DNA of 64,000 nucleotides from an uncultured Bdellovibrionales bacterium (lineage in GTDB: Bacteria; Patescibacteriota; Minisyncoccia; Moranbacterales; UBA1568), in assembly GCA_964594215.1 (NCBI GenBank), contig CAZQLN010000004.1, positions 862 through 64,861 on the forward strand, in the 5' to 3' direction. The position numbers were made by a program, and so were the translations under genes. Below the pieces are notes generated by a model. It ran no database searches. It was not told the origin of the DNA and worked only from the letters and a program-made list of their open reading frames with translations. The first letter of the stretch is position 1; every line of letters starts with the position of its first letter. Positions 32,881-43,182 of this stretch are shown piece after piece.

Positions 32881-34290
32881 TTACATTTTTTCTAACCACT
32901 CCACTAAGAGTCTTACTGGAGAACCTTTCGCCCCTTTAGCAAGATGTTCATCAAACACGCTGGTCATTGTTGGTGCCATATCAAGATGGACAAACCAATC
33001 GTATGACTTCCCAAAGTGATAGAGGAAAGTAGCAGCTGTAATAGCACCTCCTACTCCATCACGCCCCTTAGTACGGACATTAGAGATGTCGGCGACATTA
33101 CCCACAATCTCACTTTCATATTCTTCCCACAAAGGAAGTCTCCAAGCCAGATCACCAGTCATTTCTCCGGCCCTCAAGATCTTCTCTGCCTGTACATCAT
33201 CCCGAGTGAAGAGAGCAGTGGCTCGCTCACCTAAAGCTACTCCAGCCGCCCCAGTAAGCGTAGCGACGTCCAATACACCGGCCGGCTTGAAGCGCTTAGC
33301 ATAAGTGATGGCATCACCTAAAATCAACCTGCCTTCAGCGTCGGTATGACCTATCTCTACGGTCGTACCATCAAGCATGTTAACCACATCTCCTGGACGA
33401 AAACTCTCCCCTCCCGGCATATTCTCTACTGCTGGTACTAACGCAACTAAGTTGCGTTTTATTCCCAGACGCGCACTAATCAAAATCGTAGCTAAGACTG
33501 CCCCTCCTCCACTCATATCCATCATCATATCAAGTGCGTACGGATGCGGTTTAGTATCGATACCACCGCTATCAAAAGTTACCCCTTTACCAACAAGCGC
33601 TATTGGCGCCTCACTTTTTCTACCTCCTCGATAAACGAGCTCAATAAACTGAGATTCTTCTTTACTTCCTTTTCCTACTGCCATCACGCCACCCATTCCT
33701 AAACGCTCAATTTCTTTTTGACCAAGTATTTTGAGTGAGAGCTTATTATTTTTGGCTTTTGCTACTGCGCGTTTCACTTCCCGGGCCAGAAGCTTAGGAG
33801 TCATGTCATTACCCGGAATGTTCGCCAGTGTACGATACCAGTTCATATATTCCCCCCGTACCACTCCTGTTTGTATACCCTGCTTCACTGAAGAGATACT
33901 TTCAGCATCTACCAGAACAATTACCTGACTAAGTCCTTGATAACTTTTCTTTTCCTTCTTCTTGTACTGAGTAAATTCATAACTGGCAAGTAGTAGATTT
34001 TCACTTACTAAAAGGGCGAGAGTTTCTGAAGAATCTTTTCTGAGGACTGGAAAGTTTGTGAGGCTACTCCAATCCAAAACCACCCGAGATACATGATGTT
34101 TCTTCGCCAAAGTCACTACTTCTCGCACCAAAAGAAACCACTTTCTTCGTGATAATTCTTTACGCTTTGTTATTTTGATTACAAGCTCTGACCTGTTATT
34201 TTTCTCTCGAAAAAAAGAGGCGTGGATAGTCTCATCAAATATCACCCGGACAGCGTCCTTGTGAGCGACCTTCTCTACCGTAATTTTCAT
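32881..34290 (-). CDS. pepA: M17 leucyl aminopeptidase
   Basis: VGKGVTFDSGG, DMSGG, TDAEGRL, DVATLTGA. Confidence 0.92.
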   Translation of the reverse strand: MKITVEKVAHKDAVRVIFDETIHASFFREKNNRSELVIKITKRKELSRRKWFLLVREVVTLAKKHHVSRVVLDWSSLTNFPVLRKDSSETLALLVSENLLLASYEFTQYKKKEKKSYQGLSQVIVLVDAESISSVKQGIQTGVVRGEYMNWYRTLANIPGNDMTPKLLAREVKRAVAKAKNNKLSLKILGQKEIERLGMGGVMAVGKGSKEESQFIELVYRGGRKSEAPIALVGKGVTFDSGGIDTKPHPYALDMMMDMSGGGAVLATILISARLGIKRNLVALVPAVENMPGGESFRPGDVVNMLDGTTVEIGHTDAEGRLILGDAITYAKRFKPAGVLDVATLTGAAGVALGERATALFTRDDVQAEKILRAGEMTGDLAWRLPLWEEYESEIVGNVADISNVRTKGRDGVGGAITAATFLYHFGKSYDWFVHLDMAPTMTSVFDEHLAKGAKGSPVRLLVEWLEKM

Positions 34291-34300
34291 GTTCTTAGTT

Positions 34301-35689
34301 TTACAGTTTAGCGGCCAGAAAGTCTTGTAGTTCTGTTATTTTTATTCTTGTTTGTTCCATCGTATCGCGATCGCGTACGGTAACCGTGTCATCCTCGAGA
34401 GTATCGAAATCAACGGTAATACAGAACGGTGTACCAATTTCATCCTGTCTACGATAGCGCTTACCCACATTACCATTATCATCAAACTCGACACGGAAGT
34501 TTCGACGAAGTGCTTCATGGACTTCCCGAGCCTTTCCTACAAGCTCTTCCTTATTCTTCATCAAAGGAAACACCGCTACCTGCACAGGGGCAAGTCTATT
34601 TGGAAATTTGAGCACTGTTCTGATATCTCCTTCCGCTACCTTCTCTTCAGTATAAGCGTCACACAAAACTGCTAAAAAGGTACGGTCAAGTCCTACAGAA
34701 GTCTCTACCACATGGGGCATATATTTCTCACTTGTCTGCGGGTCTCGATACGAGAGATCAACGCCTGAAAATTCTGAGTGTTGGGTCAAATCATAATCTC
34801 CACGATTATGCACTCCCTCTAATTCCTTAAAACCGAATGGATACCGATATTCGATGTCCCAGGCTGCCTTGGCATAGAAAACGAGATTCTCATGCTCATG
34901 CCACTTTAGGTTTTCTTTTTTGATTCCAAGGTCGAGATAATACTGCATCCGTTTCTCTCGCCAGAGGTCATAGGCTTTTGTAGCTTCATCTGGATGGACG
35001 AAATACTGCATCTCCATTTGCTCAAACTCACGTTTGCGAAAAATAAACTGACGCGCGGTGATTTCATTCCGGAAGGCTTTGCCAATCTGAGCAATACCAA
35101 AAGGTATTTTGACGCGACTGGAATCAAGAACATTCTTGAAATTGATATAAATCCCCTGACAGGTCTCTCCACGAAGATAGACTGGATTTTCACCACTGCC
35201 GGTGAAATCTCCCAGATTAGACTCTACTAATAAATTGAAATTCTTAGCCTGACTCCAGGTACTCTTGCCACACTTAGGGCATTTGATATTTTTTTTGTGT
35301 TCATCAAAAAGTTTATTGATTGCATCCTCAGACATTTTCTCATCGGCCATTATACCCACTTCTTCTAAAAGATGGTCAACGCGCAAGCGGGACTGACAAC
35401 TCTTACATTCTGCCAACGGATCACTAAAACCTCCAACGTGACCTGAGGCTTCCCAAACTTTAGGATGCATGAAAATAGCGCTATCAAGACCAACAATATT
35501 GTCGTGATCACGAACCATAGCAGTCCACCACGCCTCACGAATATTCTTAGCCAGCTCTACTCCATACGGACCAAAATCATAAACAGCTGCAAAGCCACCA
35601 TAAATCTCAGATGATGGGAAGACAAAGCCTCGTCTCTTAGCCAAAGACACTATTTTTTCCATTGTCACTTCGGTTTTTTGGTCAGACAT
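34301..35689 (-). CDS. glyQS: Glycine-tRNA ligase, homodimeric type
   Basis: KRRGFVFPSSEIYGG, YLRGETCQG, FRNEI, EFEQME, RYRRQDEIGTP. Start moved to MSDQK. Confidence 0.96.
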   Translation of the reverse strand: MSDQKTEVTMEKIVSLAKRRGFVFPSSEIYGGFAAVYDFGPYGVELAKNIREAWWTAMVRDHDNIVGLDSAIFMHPKVWEASGHVGGFSDPLAECKSCQSRLRVDHLLEEVGIMADEKMSEDAINKLFDEHKKNIKCPKCGKSTWSQAKNFNLLVESNLGDFTGSGENPVYLRGETCQGIYINFKNVLDSSRVKIPFGIAQIGKAFRNEITARQFIFRKREFEQMEMQYFVHPDEATKAYDLWREKRMQYYLDLGIKKENLKWHEHENLVFYAKAAWDIEYRYPFGFKELEGVHNRGDYDLTQHSEFSGVDLSYRDPQTSEKYMPHVVETSVGLDRTFLAVLCDAYTEEKVAEGDIRTVLKFPNRLAPVQVAVFPLMKNKEELVGKAREVHEALRRNFRVEFDDNGNVGKRYRRQDEIGTPFCITVDFDTLEDDTVTVRDRDTMEQTRIKITELQDFLAAKL

Positions 35690-35693
35690 GGTA

Positions 35694-35798
35694 TTGACAA
35701 AACGAATAATTGAGGCTACCGTTACATCGTACATTTTAGCCTATTTATAGGCAGTATAGCGTTAATACTGCTCTTTTTCAAGCACAGGGAGATATATC
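35694..35798 (+). promoter_or_regulatory. Promoter and hairpin+boxA-like leader
   Basis: TTGACA-17-TACCGT; GCAGTAT/ATACTGC hairpin; TGCTCTTTTTCAA (35769-35781); AGGGAG before GTG. Confidence 0.55.
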
Positions 35799-35999
35799 GT
35801 GAGTACCTCAGAAACTCGCAAAGAAGCTGTCGTTCTGGCTGATAAAATCAACCAAAATGGCGGCCTTACGAAGCGAAGCGGCAAAGAACGGCAACACCCT
35901 GTTGCTCACCCCGACGTACTTGTTTCTGGTTCTTCTCCAGAAACTCGTCAACTTCGGGCAATTCAAGAAAATCAAATCCGGGAACGTAGATCCTGGTAG
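35799..35999 (+). CDS. Small hypothetical protein (66 aa)
   Basis: Has its own promoter, SD-like site and terminator. Confidence 0.6.
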   Translation: MSTSETRKEAVVLADKINQNGGLTKRSGKERQHPVAHPDVLVSGSSPETRQLRAIQENQIRERRSW

Positions 36000-36022
36000 C
36001 CTTCATTAATATTAAAGGCTCT

Positions 36023-36062
36023 AAAAAAGCGGTGACTGGAGAAACATCCGACACCGCTTTTT
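36023..36062. terminator. Bidirectional terminator
   Basis: AAAAAAGCGGTG ... CACCGCTTTTT between convergent genes. Confidence 0.75.
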
Positions 36063-36064
36063 AA

Positions 36065-37189
36065 CTACTCTTTTCGTAACTTTTCCATCAGCCGGAGATA
36101 GAAGCGCAAATTGTGAACTGAAGCTAAACGACCAGCCAGTGGTTCGCCAACCGCAAAGAGGTGGCGCAGATAACTCTTAGTGTAACGCGTGCAGAGCGTA
36201 CAATCACAAGTCACATCTACGGGTGAAAAGTCCTCGATGAATTGTTCGTTTTTGATATTGATTGTCTCGTAAAACTCCCCTTCTGGATCAAGAGTTTCTT
36301 TTTTATATACAAACAATCGTCCATGACGACCTTCTCGGGTAGGTATCACACAGTCGAACATATCGACACCAGCCTCCACTGCACGAACAACTTCTTCTGG
36401 CCGTCCCAAGCCCATAAGATAACGCGGTTTGTCATCAGGCAGAAATGGCAAAGTCCAAGCTAACACATCTCCAAGAGTTTCTCGTGGTTCACCAACTGCT
36501 ACTCCACCAATAGCATACCCATCAAAATCTAACTCCAATAATTGCCTGGCACTTTCTTGACGTAGGTCTTCATAGATAGATCCCTGCACAATACCAAACA
36601 AGAGTGGTCGTTTGGAAATTTCTACACCATGCATCTTTGTATCAAAGTACTCTTTGGCATGCTTAGCCCAGCGAGTTGTTCGTTCAAGCGATGCCTTGGC
36701 ATACTCACGAGTACAGGGATAGGGAGGACATTCGTCTAAAACCATGATGATATCTGAGCCCAAATTGAGTTGGATATCGATAGAAATTTCTGGTGAAAGA
36801 AAATATTTCTTGCCATTCGTGGGATCAGCAAACTCTACCCCCTCCTCACTAATTTTGACTCCATTAATACCAAACCGCTCTGCGGCTCGAGCACCCAGAG
36901 AAAAAACTTGGAATCCCCCTGAGTCAGTAAGAATAGATCCATTCCAGTCCATCATCTTATGCAGTCCTCCTGCCTTAGCCACCAGTTCATCTCCTGGTCT
37001 GAGCCAGAGATGATAGGTATTGCCTAAGATGACTTCTGCCCCAAGGGCTCCGACCTCAGAGGGCAATAAATGCTTCACGGCACCTTTGGTAGCAATAGGC
37101 ATAAAAACCGGAGTTTTGATAACTCCGGATTTGGTGACAAGTGTACCCACTCGTTTACTTTTATCTTCTCTTATTTTTTGCCAACTCAT
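36065..37189 (-). CDS. tgt: tRNA-guanine transglycosylase
   Basis: TPVFMP, GNTYHL, TDSGGFQVFSL, DMFDCV.PTR, CDCTLC zinc site. Confidence 0.97.
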   Translation of the reverse strand: MSWQKIREDKSKRVGTLVTKSGVIKTPVFMPIATKGAVKHLLPSEVGALGAEVILGNTYHLWLRPGDELVAKAGGLHKMMDWNGSILTDSGGFQVFSLGARAAERFGINGVKISEEGVEFADPTNGKKYFLSPEISIDIQLNLGSDIIMVLDECPPYPCTREYAKASLERTTRWAKHAKEYFDTKMHGVEISKRPLLFGIVQGSIYEDLRQESARQLLELDFDGYAIGGVAVGEPRETLGDVLAWTLPFLPDDKPRYLMGLGRPEEVVRAVEAGVDMFDCVIPTREGRHGRLFVYKKETLDPEGEFYETINIKNEQFIEDFSPVDVTCDCTLCTRYTKSYLRHLFAVGEPLAGRLASVHNLRFYLRLMEKLRKE

Positions 37190-37192
37190 ATC

Positions 37193-39100
37193 TTAGGGTG
37201 TTGCTTTTACGAAACCACTCTGCTCAGTTACACTCTTATCTTGCTCTAGATAGTTTGTAACCTTTGCGCGCTCCGTAATGACTTCTTTTTTAGTGAAACT
37301 TTCCTTAGCTTCGAATGTAGCTGTTTTGACTAACTCCACATCTTTACCTACCTGACTCTGATTAGGCGTAATAGCTACCTGAAATTGAAACTCCTTCTCT
37401 TTGCCTGAGGATAAAATACCTACCTCCCAAACAAGTTCATTGGTGCGCGCCTTCCATTCTACGGTTTCTCCATTAGGGTAGGACTTTTCTTTATACACGA
37501 CTCCGCTCGGAAGGACAAATGTTATGCGGGCTTGAGAAAGGTCGTTTGAAGAACTTGCTACCTTGGTACGAATAGTATAGGTAGTCTCACTCCCTACTAC
37601 TGGCGGTAATGGTCCGGTATTAGCTATATGGTCACCGCTGAAAAACGGCGACACCTGAAGCGCCACCAGGGCACCTACTTTGACCTGAAGGAGGTTGCTT
37701 GCAATAGTTTTATTACCAGTCAAGGTACTCTTGACATCAGGGCTATCGATAGTAGCTACTGACTTAATAGCAATGTTTTTAGGATTAGCATTAGCCGGAA
37801 ATTCTTTCACCACTGGTACGGTAAATGAAATCTTTCCTGACTGTCCAGGTTCGAGACGGGCCAAAGCTGGAATATCCGCAGCTTTCCAAGTAATTTTTTT
37901 CGTGTTTTGGTCATAAAAACCCTGACTCAGCTGAAGATTGGCAATATCTAGATAGGCCGTATCAAGCGCGAGAGTCACTATTACATCGCGCATACCGAGT
38001 GCTGATTCGTTCTTATACTCAATCTCATAATTCAACATGTCGCCTGGATTAGCAACGAGCTCATTATTGCCGTTTACCAACTGAGAGATGGTAAGTGGTG
38101 TGGCAATCATTTGCGTTCGCTTCTCTACCATGTTGTAGGTAAAGAGTGAGTTGTCACCCTGAAGAATACCAATAGTAGCCGAAAATGTTTTGGCCGTATC
38201 GCGAGCGCCTCCAAGACTACCATGAATCACTATCTTGCCATTCTGATTCGGTTTCAACTCAGGGAGGAGCCATGTATTATTACTCTCACTTGGCACTATA
38301 TCAGATGACAAGTACTGAAAACCTTCTGGATATTTGGCAACCACACGAAGGTTACGAAAGGTTTCTGGACTCCTATTCTCATACGTCACAACATAGTCGA
38401 GCTCTTGACCAGGAGCCACCTCACCAGGGGCGCTGACTTCAAAGAGGAGGGGTGAAGTGGCCAGAACCACCTGAAAGTTCGCTTTGGTATCAAACTGACT
38501 GCTCGTGCTTTTTGGTGTATAGCGAAGTGTGGCTTCGAAGTTTGCCTTCTCACCCTTGCCTCCATAAAACTTACCACTAATAGTAAATTTCTTGTTTGCA
38601 CCTCTCGCCAATCCGCCCACTGGTATTTCTACTCGCTTACCAGCCATTTTCATTTCTGGAGTCATTTCAATCTGGAAGGTATCGGGCAGAGCTATAGTCA
38701 GCGTAGTTTTCTCTATCTCATTCCAACTATTATTGGCATATGTCAGGTCAAAAGAGACTCGCTCAGCACTCGCTACACTCGCTGGTCCACTGATAAAAAT
38801 ACTAACGGCACTCTGACGCTTGAGATACGTGTATCCCGCAAAACTCGCTCCCCCCAAAACAAGTAAGGCAACTAGAGAACCTATAACAATATAGAGCTTT
38901 TTCAGCCTGGCTTTCTTAACATCAGGGCTGACTAGATAGATTTCTTGTTTAGGAGCTATCTGCCACTCTTCTTTTTTTTGAAAGGCTTGCTTTTCTTGGT
39001 CAATTTCTTCTTGAGTATGCTCTTCGTGCACAGCTAAACGTGCCTTATCTAGGTGAGTATCACGACTATGGAGTTGTTCATTTAAATCTTCGAGACTCAT
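37193..39100 (-). CDS. Membrane-anchored multi-Ig-like (DUF11-like) protein
   Basis: One TM helix, then repeated beta-rich domains (PGQELDYVVTYEN, PGDMLNYEIEYKN). Start moved to MSLEDL. Confidence 0.7.
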   Translation of the reverse strand: MSLEDLNEQLHSRDTHLDKARLAVHEEHTQEEIDQEKQAFQKKEEWQIAPKQEIYLVSPDVKKARLKKLYIVIGSLVALLVLGGASFAGYTYLKRQSAVSIFISGPASVASAERVSFDLTYANNSWNEIEKTTLTIALPDTFQIEMTPEMKMAGKRVEIPVGGLARGANKKFTISGKFYGGKGEKANFEATLRYTPKSTSSQFDTKANFQVVLATSPLLFEVSAPGEVAPGQELDYVVTYENRSPETFRNLRVVAKYPEGFQYLSSDIVPSESNNTWLLPELKPNQNGKIVIHGSLGGARDTAKTFSATIGILQGDNSLFTYNMVEKRTQMIATPLTISQLVNGNNELVANPGDMLNYEIEYKNESALGMRDVIVTLALDTAYLDIANLQLSQGFYDQNTKKITWKAADIPALARLEPGQSGKISFTVPVVKEFPANANPKNIAIKSVATIDSPDVKSTLTGNKTIASNLLQVKVGALVALQVSPFFSGDHIANTGPLPPVVGSETTYTIRTKVASSSNDLSQARITFVLPSGVVYKEKSYPNGETVEWKARTNELVWEVGILSSGKEKEFQFQVAITPNQSQVGKDVELVKTATFEAKESFTKKEVITERAKVTNYLEQDKSVTEQSGFVKATP

Positions 39101-39159
39101 ATGAGGTATATTTGTTTTGACTACCTCTATACTAGCAAAATTGAGAGATGAAAGAAACG

Positions 39160-39882
39160 CTAGTGAGCTATCCAATCAGCGAAACGACGAGTGACCATCT
39201 CAAGCTCACGCATGTCTTGTTCATTAACTTGGATTTTCATGCAAGGACGAAGATCATTAGTAGCAAACAGACGCATAAGTTTGATGGTATTTTCCTGGAT
39301 ATAGAAGCTCTCTTTGAATTCCCGTGACTCTGCTTCGGTGAGTACTCCACCAGCTTTTGGACTGAAAAAATGTCTTTCGCCAGTTCTCAGTTTCACACCT
39401 GACTGAACTGATATGTGCGTCTCGATATGATACCCGAGATGACTAAACAACTGGAATAAAAATACTTGTGAGAGCAGTCGTACCCGCTCAGTCTTTTTTT
39501 CTTTAGCAAGCTCATCGGCCTGTATGAGGTATTTTTTAGTCAGAGTGAAAAGAGCTTCATCTGGTTCTTCCATATCAACAAATTTCTCAAGAATACTGAG
39601 ACATTGAGAAACCAAAAGGAGAACCTCGTACTGCTCCCGTAATGCAGCGAAGACATCTTCCGCTACCGCCGAAGATACTCTTCCCATGCCCTTGGTTTTG
39701 TTGATGATGATGAGAGCTAAGCTCAAATTCTCAAGCTGACCAGCCAGTTTAGCTTCGGGCTTACGTACCCCCTTAGCCATTACTCTGATTTTCCCCTGTT
39801 CTTGAGTATAAAGCGTATACAGGCGGTCAGTTTCACCTACCTCTTTTTTGCCTAATACTATCGAATTATAACGATATTCCAT
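39160..39882 (-). CDS. recO: DNA repair protein RecO
   Basis: GETDRLYTLYT..GKIRVMAKGVRKP. Confidence 0.92.
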   Translation of the reverse strand: MEYRYNSIVLGKKEVGETDRLYTLYTQEQGKIRVMAKGVRKPEAKLAGQLENLSLALIIINKTKGMGRVSSAVAEDVFAALREQYEVLLLVSQCLSILEKFVDMEEPDEALFTLTKKYLIQADELAKEKKTERVRLLSQVFLFQLFSHLGYHIETHISVQSGVKLRTGERHFFSPKAGGVLTEAESREFKESFYIQENTIKLMRLFATNDLRPCMKIQVNEQDMRELEMVTRRFADWIAH

Positions 39883-39885
39883 GAC

Positions 39886-42870
39886 TTAGCTACGTTTGAG
39901 CCAAAAAGTGAACTTCTCGCCTTCAATGTCGACTGTTTGAGTGTATTCAGCATCAGCTAATTCTTGATTATTCACACCACCGTTAGCAAGCACTTCTCCC
40001 GAAATATCATCTTGATGCACTGCAAATACCTCTTCCTTACCACTGTATCCTAGAACGATACGGTCTTCCACATTAAACAGAGCCTTCTTACGTCCCTCCT
40101 GAATAGCTCGAATGATTTCTCGAGCCTCACCTTCAAGTCTGAGTTTTGCAGTGATCTCTGTACCTAGAGCAATAGGTCCTTCTCGATAGTCTTTAACATT
40201 GAGTTCCTCTTTGACGATATCCTGAAATACCTCTTCGATCTTCGGACCAACCATATACTCAAGCGGCTGACGTACCTTTATTTTTGCATCTGTTCTAAAT
40301 TGCAAACCCCTAGTGATAATTTCTCGAGTAAGAATCATCTGCTCAATGAGATCGGTATCTATCTCTGTATCTACCTTGGGCCACTCCGCAAGATGCACAG
40401 ATTCTTCACCAGTTAGGTTACGGTAGATTTCTTCGGAGATAAATGGAGTGAATGGTGCCATCAATCTGGAAAGATCTACAAGCACTGTATAGAGCGTTTC
40501 ATAAGCAGCGTATTTATCGCTATCATTTTCATTCTTCCAGAAGCGCTTACGGCTGCGACGAATATACCAATTAGAGAGATCATCTACAAATGGAGCGATG
40601 AGTCGCGCTGCTGATGCGGGTCGATAACTATCTAATTCCTCAGTCATATTTTGGATGAGGAGCTGCAGTTCAGATAATATCCACTTATCCAAAATATTAG
40701 TTGATAGACCGCGGCCTTCCGAAGACTTTGGCGTAGGAGACCAATTATCAATTGTTGCGTAGGTCGTGAAGAATGAATATGAGTTCCACAACATACGAAA
40801 AGTATTTCTCGTGATGCTACCCAGATCATTCTCGGAAAAAGAAAGATCTTCGGCAATCACTACCGGCGAACTAAGCACATAGAGACGTAAAGCATCGGCG
40901 CCATAGGTATCTATGGTCATCATTGGATCTGGATAGTTATTGAGCTTCTTACTCATCTTGCGGCCATCTTCCGCTAGTACTGTCCCATTGACTACGCAGT
41001 TTTCAAAAGCATTTATCCCCTTGAGAGCGGTTCCAAGCATATGAAGGTAGTAAAACCAGGCTCGCGTCTGGTCAAGCCCCTCTGCGATAAAATTAGCAGG
41101 ATATGTCTCAAGCTCCCCCTCACCCATGTAGTGTTTACTCGCATAGGGCATAGAACCACTATCAAACCATGTATCTAATACATCCGGGATGCGCTTCATA
41201 GTTTTTCCACAAGCACATGGAAAAGTGATTTTATCGACAATATGTTTATGGAGATCATCTACCATCACCCCACTCTTCTCCTTAAGTTCAGCTCGTGACC
41301 CAACCACGACCTGTTCTCCACACTCACAAACCCACAGCGGGATACAGCTCGCCCAGAAACGTTGGCGGCTAACTGACCAATCTCTGGCACCTTCAAGCCA
41401 CTTTCCGAATCTCCCATTTTTTATATGCTCTGGTGACCAATTAATTCCCCGAGCATTCTTGATAGCTAAGTCTTTGATTTTTTCTATGGCTACAAACCAG
41501 CTACTCGTCGCATAGTTAAGAAGTGGTGTATCACAACGCCAACAGTGCGGATAGCTGTGTTCGTACTTCTCCTTAGAAAAAAGCAGTCCCTTAGCTGCTA
41601 AAGACTTGATAATTTCAATATCAAAGGCTTGCGGATTCTCAATCGGCTTCACTTGTTGACCAGCAAACTCTTTGACTTCGTCCTTAATAGTTCCATCCAT
41701 GCGTACATGCTGGACCCAGGGAAGGTTGTAGAGTTTACCGAGGGCCATGTCATCCTCACCAAAAGCCGGAGCCTCATGAGCGATACCTGTCCCTATGTCC
41801 GTGGTCACGAAGTCGGCATGGTATATCTTCCACCCATTCTCTCCATTCTCAAGAGATTCATTTTTAGAGTAATCCTGAAACGGCGGGAGATAGGTTTTTC
41901 CGATAAGATGAATCCCTTTTAACTCTTCAATAATCTCATATGCGTATTCTAAATCTTTACCACTTTCTAAAACATACTCTAATTCTTCTTTCGAAAGAGA
42001 TCCTCCTCCTCTTTTAATGTATTCTTTCAACCTATCAAACGCTAAAATAACAATCTCTGGAGTACAATCAACCCTAGATTCCGTACTATTTGGTTCATAC
42101 AACCTCTCACCTTGTTTCGTTCTAAAAAATTTAACTTTTGCATAGTTAATATCCTTCCCTACTGCCAAAGCAACATTACCTGGGAGTGTCCATGGAGTGG
42201 TCGTCCAAGCCAATAAATAGGTACCGGGCTCATCTACTAATTCAAACTTAGCAGTAACCGCCAAGTCCTTCACGTCTTTGTAGCCTTCGCTTACCTCTTG
42301 CTGTGATAGGGTTGTTTCACAGCGTGGACAGATATGCATGGTTCGATAACTCTCATAGACCAGATTCTTTTCCCAGAGTGACTTCCACACCCACCAGATA
42401 CTCTCCATATAGTCCACGTCCATGGTGTGATACGCATGCTCCATGTCGACAAACCGTCCGAAACGTCTCATCACCGTCTCCCAGTCCTTGGCATAAGAAA
42501 GCACCTTAGTGCGACAAAGATCATTGAACTTCTCGATACCAAAAGTCTCAATATCCTTCTTATTCTTAAACCCAAGCTCCTTCTCAACTATGTTTTCAAT
42601 AGGCAGCCCATGGCAATCCCAACCCCACTGACGTTCTACCTGATAGCCCTGCATGGTCTTGTAGCGAGGAAAGACATCCTTCACCAACCCTGGCACGAAG
42701 TGTCCGTAGTGGGGCAATCCAGTGGCAAATGGTGGTCCATCATAAAAACGATATTTCTCCTTCCCTTCACGGTTAGAAATAGATTTCTCAAAAATTTTCT
42801 CACTCTCCCAGTACTTCAAGATTTCTTCTTCAAGTTTCGGAAAGTTTACCTGTGATTCTACTTTTTTCAT
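39886..42870 (-). CDS. ileS: Isoleucine-tRNA ligase, type 2
   Basis: DGPPFATGLPHYGH, GWDCHGLP, WTTTPWTLP, SRQRFW, KMSKK; no C-terminal zinc finger. Confidence 0.97.
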   Translation of the reverse strand: MKKVESQVNFPKLEEEILKYWESEKIFEKSISNREGKEKYRFYDGPPFATGLPHYGHFVPGLVKDVFPRYKTMQGYQVERQWGWDCHGLPIENIVEKELGFKNKKDIETFGIEKFNDLCRTKVLSYAKDWETVMRRFGRFVDMEHAYHTMDVDYMESIWWVWKSLWEKNLVYESYRTMHICPRCETTLSQQEVSEGYKDVKDLAVTAKFELVDEPGTYLLAWTTTPWTLPGNVALAVGKDINYAKVKFFRTKQGERLYEPNSTESRVDCTPEIVILAFDRLKEYIKRGGGSLSKEELEYVLESGKDLEYAYEIIEELKGIHLIGKTYLPPFQDYSKNESLENGENGWKIYHADFVTTDIGTGIAHEAPAFGEDDMALGKLYNLPWVQHVRMDGTIKDEVKEFAGQQVKPIENPQAFDIEIIKSLAAKGLLFSKEKYEHSYPHCWRCDTPLLNYATSSWFVAIEKIKDLAIKNARGINWSPEHIKNGRFGKWLEGARDWSVSRQRFWASCIPLWVCECGEQVVVGSRAELKEKSGVMVDDLHKHIVDKITFPCACGKTMKRIPDVLDTWFDSGSMPYASKHYMGEGELETYPANFIAEGLDQTRAWFYYLHMLGTALKGINAFENCVVNGTVLAEDGRKMSKKLNNYPDPMMTIDTYGADALRLYVLSSPVVIAEDLSFSENDLGSITRNTFRMLWNSYSFFTTYATIDNWSPTPKSSEGRGLSTNILDKWILSELQLLIQNMTEELDSYRPASAARLIAPFVDDLSNWYIRRSRKRFWKNENDSDKYAAYETLYTVLVDLSRLMAPFTPFISEEIYRNLTGEESVHLAEWPKVDTEIDTDLIEQMILTREIITRGLQFRTDAKIKVRQPLEYMVGPKIEEVFQDIVKEELNVKDYREGPIALGTEITAKLRLEGEAREIIRAIQEGRKKALFNVEDRIVLGYSGKEEVFAVHQDDISGEVLANGGVNNQELADAEYTQTVDIEGEKFTFWLKRS

Positions 42871-42882
42871 ACTTCTGAAATT

Positions 42883-43150
42883 AAAAAATCCTCAACGCAA
42901 AAGAATATGCGCTAAGGACGTTTAGAATCAACGTGGTACCACCTTAGTTCATCTGCCACTCAGGCAGACCTTCATTGTATGGCTATTACGGGCCTACCCG
43001 ATGAGTTCTACTGCCAGTCCGAAGTTCTAGGTATAGAATAAGCTGCTTCTTTTGGCTTTCTTCTCATGGCCTGTCTCGACACAGCACGTACGTGCTGGAC
43101 GGACTCCGAGGTGATGCCTGCCAAGTATTAGGCGGGGCCTCTTCACTGCC
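42883..43150 (-). promoter_or_regulatory. Ile T-box riboswitch with short Stem I and an intrinsic terminator
   Basis: Minus strand: GGCAGTGAAGAGG..ATC-A-CCTCGGAGTC (K-turn, specifier ATC at 43113-43115); Stem II ATGAG-AAGAAA-GCCA..TGGC-AGTAGAA-CTCAT; CGGGTAGGCCCGTAATAGCC; T-box AAGGTGGTACCACG; terminator TCCTTAGCGCA/TGCGTTGAGGA+T6. Confidence 0.93.
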
Positions 43151-43182
43151 TTTGTAAATCTATCTTAGCAACCCTTTGGCTA

